Below, piece after piece: positions 57,439 through 64,000 of a DNA stretch of 64,000 nt. This DNA comes from a candidate division WOR-3 bacterium. Lineage in GTDB: Bacteria > Hydrothermota > 32-111. A program made the translations under genes and the position numbers. Numbering within the stretch: position 1 is the stretch's first letter; each line of letters begins with the position of its first letter. The notes under the pieces are model-generated. The model was not told the DNA's origin, searched no databases, and worked only from the letters and a program-made list of their open reading frames with translations. The DNA lies in assembly GCA_037481815.1 (NCBI GenBank), contig JBBFKX010000001.1, positions 96,001-160,000 of the forward strand, given 5' to 3'.

Positions 57439-57993
57439 ATGGAATATTTAGTTTTACATACATGTTGTGCTCCCGATCTAACTTACTCATACGAGTTCTT
57501 TAGCAGAACTTATAATGTTTTGCCACTTTTTGTTAACGATAATATTGATACTTTTGATGAGTTTCGAAAAAGATATGGGGAGGTTTTAAAAGTTGCAAAA
57601 CATTATGGTTTTGAATGTAAAAATCTTGAATATGAGAATGAAATTTTTCTTAAAAATGTTGTTGGTCTTGAAGATGAACCAGAGATGGGAAGGCGATGTG
57701 AAGTATGTCATCTTTTGAATTTCAGAAAAACAGCTAAGTTCTGTAAAGAGAATGGATTTAAGATATTTTCTACAACTTTAACGATAAGTCCTCACAAGAG
57801 TGTTGATCTTATAAACAGTATCGGCGAAAGAGTTGCAAAAGAGTTTGGCATTGAATTTATTAAAGAGAATTTAAAAAAAAATGATGGATTTTTAAAATCA
57901 GTAAAAATCTCTAAGGAGTTGAACCTTTATAGACAGAATTATTGTGGATGTATCTTTTCAAGGGGGAAAAGTGGACAGAGAGATAAAGTTTAA
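57439..57993 (+). CDS. queH: Epoxyqueuosine reductase QueH (DUF208)
   Basis: LHTCCAPD, GRRCEVC, STTLTISPHK, LYRQNYCGCIFS. Confidence 0.92.
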   Translation: MEYLVLHTCCAPDLTYSYEFFSRTYNVLPLFVNDNIDTFDEFRKRYGEVLKVAKHYGFECKNLEYENEIFLKNVVGLEDEPEMGRRCEVCHLLNFRKTAKFCKENGFKIFSTTLTISPHKSVDLINSIGERVAKEFGIEFIKENLKKNDGFLKSVKISKELNLYRQNYCGCIFSRGKSGQRDKV

Positions 57994-58441
57994 AAAGTTT
58001 TTAAAAAAGATGGAGGATTGTGAAGGATGTCCGATGAGGAGTTATGGAGAACCGGTATTCTCAGGTAATATTTTACAGGAAATAATGATAATCGGTTATG
58101 AACCTGAAAGCCATAATTTCTCGATAGATTCAAAACTTGTTGCAAAAGCATCATCTCTACTCACTCTCTATGAAACGGAAGTGAAGTATGGAGCATATAT
58201 AACATATCTTTACAGATGTTCTCTTATAATCCATGGAGAACTTACAGATGAAGCAAAAAAAAGATGCAAAAGGTATCTTGAAGAAGAGTTTGAAATCGTC
58301 AAGCCCAAATATCTTATAATTTATGATGAGAGAGTTTTAAAAGAGTTGGTTGAAGATTATGAAATGATAATAAACAGTGAAGTACAGCCAGTTGAAAGTG
58401 AAGTTTTTGATAGAAAAGTAAAGATCTATTTCATCAGATGA
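57971..58441 (+). CDS. Degenerate family-4 uracil-DNA glycosylase-like protein
   Basis: CEGC, PVFSGN..IMIIGYEP, YIT.L.RC, C..YLEEE.EIVKPK. GTG start after AGGGGG. Confidence 0.6.
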   Translation: MDREIKFKKFLKKMEDCEGCPMRSYGEPVFSGNILQEIMIIGYEPESHNFSIDSKLVAKASSLLTLYETEVKYGAYITYLYRCSLIIHGELTDEAKKRCKRYLEEEFEIVKPKYLIIYDERVLKELVEDYEMIINSEVQPVESEVFDRKVKIYFIR

Positions 58442-59547
58442 AAAAAGTATTTTCTTTTGAAATTTTTGATTATAACCTTGAAAAGATAGAATCGAATTTA
58501 AAACAGGTTTTTAAAAGTTTGGAACTTTTAAAAAATTTTTCAGACGAAAAAAAAATAATTTTAAAACCAAATCTTTTAACAAAACCCAGTTCAAATCTTA
58601 ATATTATAACAACAAATCCAATCGTTGTTGAATCGGTTATAAGGATATTACTTGCAGAGGGTATTAAAAAAGAGAGAATATTTATTGCCGATGGGTCCTC
58701 TGCTATCCATAAGGATATGGACCCTATATTCAAAGAAACGGGATATATGGATCTTGCTGGAAGGTATGGGATAAACCTTGTGAATTTGAACAAAACAAAA
58801 TACATAATCAAAAACAGAATAAAAATAAGTGATTTTTTGGAAGATCAACCACATATAATCAACATAGCAAAATTGAAAACCCACATGCTGACGACCTTAA
58901 CATTATCAGTCAAAAACCTTTATGGTTTGATTCCGGGTGAGAGCAAACTCTATTATCATACAAAATATCCTGATGTGGAAAGTTTTTCAGAGTTCTTGAC
59001 AAAACTTTACATTACGATAAAACCTGATATCAACATCATCGACGGAATTACTGGTATGCAGGGGAATGGCCCTGGTGGAGGTGATTATGCTGCGACAGGA
59101 CTTTTGCTGGTATCAGAGGATGGGTTTGCACTCGATGATTTTGTTACTTCGCTTCTTGGTCTAAAAACCGATGATATACCATTTTTGAAGATCGCAAAGA
59201 ATACAGGTATTTACAATGGTGACTATCAGGTGATTGGGAATTATCATAAACTGAATATGAAGATGCCTGACAGAAACAATTTTAAAGTTTCGTTGAATTT
59301 TGCAAAGCAGAAGTTTGTAAAACATTTCACATCAAATTATCCATTCATCATAAGAGAAAAGTGTAAAAGATGTTTCAAATGTTATAAATCATGTCCTGCG
59401 GGTGCTATAAATATAGTTGAAGGATACCCTCATATAAGAGAAAGGTTATGTATAACCTGTTATTGTTGTGTTGAGGTCTGTCAATTTAAATCGATAAAAG
59501 TTAAGAAGAGTATCCTTGAGAATCTTTATGAAAAGTTTAAAAAATGA
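58438..59547 (+). CDS. DUF362 domain protein with C-terminal 2[4Fe-4S] ferredoxin
   Basis: LKPNLL, TTNP, KLKTH, KNLYG, DGI.GMQGNGP; two CxxCxxCxxxC motifs. Confidence 0.9.
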   Translation: MKKVFSFEIFDYNLEKIESNLKQVFKSLELLKNFSDEKKIILKPNLLTKPSSNLNIITTNPIVVESVIRILLAEGIKKERIFIADGSSAIHKDMDPIFKETGYMDLAGRYGINLVNLNKTKYIIKNRIKISDFLEDQPHIINIAKLKTHMLTTLTLSVKNLYGLIPGESKLYYHTKYPDVESFSEFLTKLYITIKPDINIIDGITGMQGNGPGGGDYAATGLLLVSEDGFALDDFVTSLLGLKTDDIPFLKIAKNTGIYNGDYQVIGNYHKLNMKMPDRNNFKVSLNFAKQKFVKHFTSNYPFIIREKCKRCFKCYKSCPAGAINIVEGYPHIRERLCITCYCCVEVCQFKSIKVKKSILENLYEKFKK

Positions 59548-60334
59548 TCCAGTTGTAAAAATTTCACTTTTTCTTTTAAAATATACGCCTTTGAAAATTT
59601 TGATAATAATATCAAAATTGATTTCTATATTGTTTTACAATTTTGGAATAAAAAGTAAAAAGAGAGTGAAAGAGAATTTGAAAAAGTATCGTATAAAATT
59701 TTCAATAAAGATATATTTCAACAATGCCTCTTTTATTGTAGAAAATCTTTACCTTATGTTTCATGATCCTGATGAAAGAAGATTTGAAATAGAAAATGAA
59801 GAAATACTAGAAAATTTAAAAAGAAAGAATCAAAAGATTTCCTTAATCTCGATTCATTATGGCAATTGGGAGGTGGCGGGACAATTGTTGCAGAGAAAAG
59901 GATACAATATCTCCATTGTTTATCAAAAAAGAGATGAATGGTTTTATAGTTATATCGATAGTATAAGAGTCAAATATGGAATAAAACTTATAGAAAAAAA
60001 TTCCCCAACATATGTTTATAAAAAGCATATAGATGAAGGTAGAATTCTGTCATTTATGATAGATCAGAGGTTGAACAATCTAACAACGAAAAAAATAAAT
60101 TTTCTTGGTATAGAACAGGAGTTGCCAACCGGATGGTTCAAAATCATTGAAAAGTTTGATTTATATCCTGTTTTGATGATCACAAGGTTTGAAAAAGGAA
60201 AGCATAGAGTTTATTTTTATGATGCATCAGGGTTAACACTTGAACAGATATATGAGTTTTTTGAAAATCAGATTAAAAAGGATATATTCCAGTATGATTT
60301 CTTCAGTAAAATATTTCAGGATCATAACTGTTAG
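59528..60334 (+). CDS. LpxL-family lipid A/lysophospholipid acyltransferase
   Basis: SIHYGNWEVAG, DQ; upstream of lptCAB. Confidence 0.8.
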   Translation: MKSLKNDPVVKISLFLLKYTPLKILIIISKLISILFYNFGIKSKKRVKENLKKYRIKFSIKIYFNNASFIVENLYLMFHDPDERRFEIENEEILENLKRKNQKISLISIHYGNWEVAGQLLQRKGYNISIVYQKRDEWFYSYIDSIRVKYGIKLIEKNSPTYVYKKHIDEGRILSFMIDQRLNNLTTKKINFLGIEQELPTGWFKIIEKFDLYPVLMITRFEKGKHRVYFYDASGLTLEQIYEFFENQIKKDIFQYDFFSKIFQDHNC

Positions 60335-60806
60335 TTTTTTTCTTCTTCTCACTTTTTGTGGAAAGGAGGATGTCCAAAGTATTGCAAGCGATCAGAAAAA
60401 TATCGTTATAGATTTTAAAACTGAATACTATGAGAATAATTTGAAAGTTTATTCATTAATATCAGACACGGGATACTATATCGATTCTTTAAAAATGTAT
60501 GTTCTAAAAAATGTTGAGTATACAAGAGAGGATGGAGAAAATGTAAAAATATTCGCTGATAGTTCGTATGTTTATGAAAAATCTATCGAATATTTTGGAA
60601 ATGTTAAAGTTTTATTTTCTGATTCTATGATTTTGTTAACAAAATTTCTTCATTATGGTATTGAATCAGATACCTTAAAAACAGAAGATTCTATAATGAT
60701 CGAGAAAAAGAATGATAAAATGTTAACAAAAGGTTTTGTGTGTTTTGACAATTTTAAAAAAGTGGTTTTTCTTTCTCCAGTTTTAATTTATGATGAAAAA
60801 AATTAA
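60294..60806 (+). CDS. lptC: LPS export ABC transporter periplasmic protein LptC-like
   Basis: N-terminal anchor with Cys; ADS, GNVKV, L.TK.LHY jelly-roll motifs; position before lptA/lptB. Start uncertain. Confidence 0.65.
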   Translation: MISSVKYFRIITVSFFLLLTFCGKEDVQSIASDQKNIVIDFKTEYYENNLKVYSLISDTGYYIDSLKMYVLKNVEYTREDGENVKIFADSSYVYEKSIEYFGNVKVLFSDSMILLTKFLHYGIESDTLKTEDSIMIEKKNDKMLTKGFVCFDNFKKVVFLSPVLIYDEKN

Positions 60807-61701
60807 AATTTTTATCTTGATCCTGTTTTTATATTTCATTGAATATTTATACTCTTATACTCTTTATTCTGAAAAAGCATCGATAAATGGTGATACAATA
60901 TTTTTTTTCAAAAATGTTGATTTCAAATCAGATGAATATAATCTTATCACAGACTCATCTTACATTTTGAAAAAAGATTCCCTGATATATTTCCCTAAAA
61001 ATTTTCTTCTAAAAAGAGATGATTCTGTTAAAATAATAGCAAAATGGGGCGTTTACTTTATCAAAGAAAAGAGATTTCTGATAAATTTTCAAAAAACTGA
61101 AAAAGAAAACAGATTTTCAATTGAGAGTGAAACACTCAAAGTTTTTTTAAATGATTCATTGTTTGTTTTTACAGGTTATCCATTGTTTGAGAATGTTCAG
61201 GAAAATTTAAAAATTTCTGGTGATAGAATAGAATATTTCAAAAATACCGAAAAAACTTTTATTAAAGGTAATTCTATACTTCAAAAAAATGATTCTTCCT
61301 ATACCGTAAAATCTCAAAATATTGTTATAGATGATAGGGACTCCATAAACGTTTTTTCTTATGGTGTTGAGATATTCAACGATAGTTTTAAAATCAAATC
61401 TGACTCTGTTATATATGACAGGAAAAATTCTTTTTTTAAGACGATAAAAAGAGGAGAGATATTCTCAAACAGATCATTCTTTCAAGGTGATACTTTTGTT
61501 TTTTATTTTAAAAATGATAGTTTACACAGAATGGTTGGAAAAAATAATATTGTATTTGAAAATGAAGATGATAATATTATAAGAATAAAATGTGATTCTG
61601 TTGATGGATCTTTTAAATCTTCAAATGTTGAGCTTCTTAATTTCTTTATGATCAAGGAGAGTGAACTTTTGAAAAAGGAAAAAAATGATACTCAGATGTG
61701 A
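60790..61701 (+). CDS. LptA/OstA-like beta-jellyroll protein
   Basis: Signal peptide; repeated I.GD.I/SDS.Y beta motifs; between lptC and lptB. Confidence 0.65.
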   Translation: MMKKIKIFILILFLYFIEYLYSYTLYSEKASINGDTIFFFKNVDFKSDEYNLITDSSYILKKDSLIYFPKNFLLKRDDSVKIIAKWGVYFIKEKRFLINFQKTEKENRFSIESETLKVFLNDSLFVFTGYPLFENVQENLKISGDRIEYFKNTEKTFIKGNSILQKNDSSYTVKSQNIVIDDRDSINVFSYGVEIFNDSFKIKSDSVIYDRKNSFFKTIKRGEIFSNRSFFQGDTFVFYFKNDSLHRMVGKNNIVFENEDDNIIRIKCDSVDGSFKSSNVELLNFFMIKESELLKKEKNDTQM

Positions 61702-62404
61702 AAACCTTATAAAATATTATGGAAAAAGGAAAGTTGTTGATCATCTGTCTATTGAAGTTGAAAACGGGAAGATAATCGGACTTTTGGGACCAAATGGAGC
61801 TGGCAAAACAACAACTTTTTATATGATGGTTGGAGTAATTCCTGTATCATCAGGAAAAATTTTTCTTGATGAAAATGACATAACAGATCTTCCAATGTAT
61901 AAACGAGCAAGGCTGGGAATAGGATATCTTCCACAGGAGAGTTCGATCTTCAGACAACTGACTGTCAAAGAAAATCTTTTAGCGATACTTGAAATGTTGT
62001 TTTCTGATAGAGAAAAAAATGAGAAAAGGGCTGATGAACTACTTGAAAAATTTAAAGTTTCGCATTTAAAAGATCTCCCGGCGTACAAACTTTCTGGTGG
62101 AGAAAGAAGGAGGGTTGAAATCGCAAGGGCTTTGGCTTCAAATCCAAAATTTTTACTTCTTGATGAACCTTTTACTGGAATAGATCCAAAGGTCAAGGAA
62201 GAAATTCAAAATATGGTAATAGATCTTGCAAAAGAAGGTATCGGAATTTTGATAACCGATCATAATGTTAGGGAAACACTTGAAATAGTCGATGTAGCAC
62301 ATATAATATATGAAGGAAAGATACTGTTATCCGGAGATACTCACCAGTTGATCAACGATGAGAAGGCAAGAGAACTCTATCTCGGAGAAAAGTTCAGATT
62401 ATGA
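61685..62404 (+). CDS. lptB: LPS export ABC transporter ATP-binding protein
   Basis: GPNGAGKTTTFYM, LPMYKRARLGIGYLPQE, LSGGERRRVEIARAL, ITDHNVRETL. Confidence 0.97.
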   Translation: MILRCENLIKYYGKRKVVDHLSIEVENGKIIGLLGPNGAGKTTTFYMMVGVIPVSSGKIFLDENDITDLPMYKRARLGIGYLPQESSIFRQLTVKENLLAILEMLFSDREKNEKRADELLEKFKVSHLKDLPAYKLSGGERRRVEIARALASNPKFLLLDEPFTGIDPKVKEEIQNMVIDLAKEGIGILITDHNVRETLEIVDVAHIIYEGKILLSGDTHQLINDEKARELYLGEKFRL

Positions 62405-63804
62405 AACAGAAACTTGAGACCTCTTTAAGACAGGAAATAAAATTAACACCCCAGTTGTTAACTCTTGTAAAAATATTACAACTCCCTCTTCTTGAGTTGC
62501 AACAGGTTATAACAACCGAGATTGAACAGAACCCATTTTTGACAGATGATGTTCTTGAAGAAGAAGATGTTACATATGAGGAGGTTGAACCTGAACTACC
62601 TTTAAAGGATGAAATTGACTATGAATATTTTTTTCATGATGATTGGAAAAGGGCATCTTTACCTTCCGAAAGATATGATAGGGAAAGAGAGGAGTTTGAT
62701 CCGATAACAAATGTTGAAGAACCGGAAAGTTTACAGGATTACCTTTTGACACAATCACATATTTTTTTTGATGATCCAGATGAAATAAAAATCGCTGAAG
62801 AGATAACATTTTCTCTTTCAGATGATGGGCTTTTAGAAGTATCTTTATCCCAGATCGCAGAAAATATAAATATTCCCATTGAAAAAGTAGAATATGTCCA
62901 TTCAAAATACAAATTCTTTGATCCAGTTGGAATCGGTAGTAGAAGTGTTCAGGAGGTTCTTCTAACACAACTCGAAAATCAAAAAAAACAGGATACTCTC
63001 GAATATAAAATAATTAAAGATTTTTATGAAGAGTTTTTAACAAATAAACTTTACCTCATTGAAAACAAATTAAAAATCACAAGAAACAAACTTGAAAAAG
63101 TTCTTGAATCGATTAGAAGTTTGAATCCTAAACCAGCGAATGGAAGTTGGGGTAAAAGTTCAGATTACATTATTCCAGATGTTATAGTGGAACAGAGAGG
63201 AGAAGAACTCTTTGTGTCTTTAAATCTTCAATCTTTTCCCGAGGTTCATCTGAGTAAAAGTTATTTTGATATGTACAAAAATAATGAAAATCTTTCACAG
63301 GAAGAAAAAAAATTTCTAAAAAACAAATTCAACGCAGCGTTGTTTCTCCTTGAGGGTATATACAGAAGAAATAATACACTTTTAAAAATATCGGAAAGAA
63401 TAGTTCAGATTCAAAAGGACTTCTTCTTCAATGGTATTTCCTCTTTAAAACCACTCACTTTGAACGATATCTCAAGTTATATAGGAGTTCATGAAGCAAC
63501 GGTTTCAAGAGCTATAGAAAACAAATATATGGAAACGCCTGCGGGTATATTCCCGTTAAAATTTTTCTTCTCTAAAGGTGTTAAAAATACAACAGGTTTT
63601 GAAATTTCAAACAAAAAGATTATGAATATCATAAAAGAGGAGATAGAAAAGGAAGATCCAAACAATCCTTATTCAGATATAGAACTTGTAAAAATTCTTG
63701 AGGAAAAACATTCGATAAAGATTGCAAGAAGAACAGTTGCAAAATATAGAGAAAAATTAAATATTCTCCCTTCATCGAAAAGAAAAGGGATTCTCAGGAG
63801 GTAA
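62401..63804 (+). CDS. rpoN: RNA polymerase sigma-54 factor
   Basis: LTPQL..LQL; HEATVSRA; RpoN box ARRTVAKYRE. Confidence 0.97.
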   Translation: MKQKLETSLRQEIKLTPQLLTLVKILQLPLLELQQVITTEIEQNPFLTDDVLEEEDVTYEEVEPELPLKDEIDYEYFFHDDWKRASLPSERYDREREEFDPITNVEEPESLQDYLLTQSHIFFDDPDEIKIAEEITFSLSDDGLLEVSLSQIAENINIPIEKVEYVHSKYKFFDPVGIGSRSVQEVLLTQLENQKKQDTLEYKIIKDFYEEFLTNKLYLIENKLKITRNKLEKVLESIRSLNPKPANGSWGKSSDYIIPDVIVEQRGEELFVSLNLQSFPEVHLSKSYFDMYKNNENLSQEEKKFLKNKFNAALFLLEGIYRRNNTLLKISERIVQIQKDFFFNGISSLKPLTLNDISSYIGVHEATVSRAIENKYMETPAGIFPLKFFFSKGVKNTTGFEISNKKIMNIIKEEIEKEDPNNPYSDIELVKILEEKHSIKIARRTVAKYREKLNILPSSKRKGILRR

Positions 63805-63805
63805 G

Positions 63806-64000
63806 ATGAAATATCTATTTTTACTTTTTTCAACCATTTCACTCGTTATTTTCTCTTTTGGGCTAACAATTTATGATGTCCAATATACCGAAAACATTTC
63901 AGGAGCATCTCCATATTCCGGGCAAACTGTTACAATTTCAGGAATAGTCACAAGGGTTTTTGGAGTTAATGTGTATATTCAGGATGATACCTTACCATGG
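63806..64000 (+). CDS. Exported protein with N-terminal OB-fold of extracellular-nuclease type; 3'-truncated
   Basis: AGGAGG SD; MKYLFLLFSTISLVIFSFGLTIYDVQY...SPYSGQTVTISGIVT..VYIQD. Confidence 0.65.
   Translation, partial: MKYLFLLFSTISLVIFSFGLTIYDVQYTENISGASPYSGQTVTISGIVTRVFGVNVYIQDDTLPW

Overview
AT-rich bacterial chromosomal window from a diderm organism (Lpt LPS-transport genes, a PorV-like barrel, proteins with type IX-like C-terminal sorting tails). Gene content and style suggest an FCB-superphylum candidate lineage such as WOR-3/TA06; that is inference only. The left ~43 kb is accessory. It holds the 3' part of a DUF1524/GmrSD-type HNH nuclease gene, a cluster of seven GTAG-type REP-like hairpins, a Spy/CpxP-ECF sigma/anti-sigma module, a gingipain-like C25 protease, cobB/nitrilase, and a soluble-adenylyl-cyclase-like STAND ATPase whose TPR tail is a separate gene (with a second homologous free TPR gene nearby). 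It also has ABC exporters, tRNA-Asn, a GGDEF gene interrupted by an in-frame TGA, a secreted superoxide-reductase-like protein with an unannotated 55-aa His-containing membrane ORF, a uvsE cluster, a serpin, pilin-like genes, and a sigma54-promoter-preceded secreted protein built of tandem proline-rich peptide repeats. The right ~20 kb is core: rpmB, porV-like, truB, ribF, rpsO, pnp, M16 peptidase, dut, a PatA/PimA-like glycolipid cluster with a UbiA prenyltransferase, queH, lptC-lptA-lptB and rpoN. Best candidates for new biology: (1) the multi-core proline-rich secreted polypeptide, (2) the split cyclase-STAND with possibly interchangeable TPR subunits, (3) the REP array and a linked 30-bp element repeated 39 kb away. 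All product calls come from motifs recognised by eye; no database searches were run.
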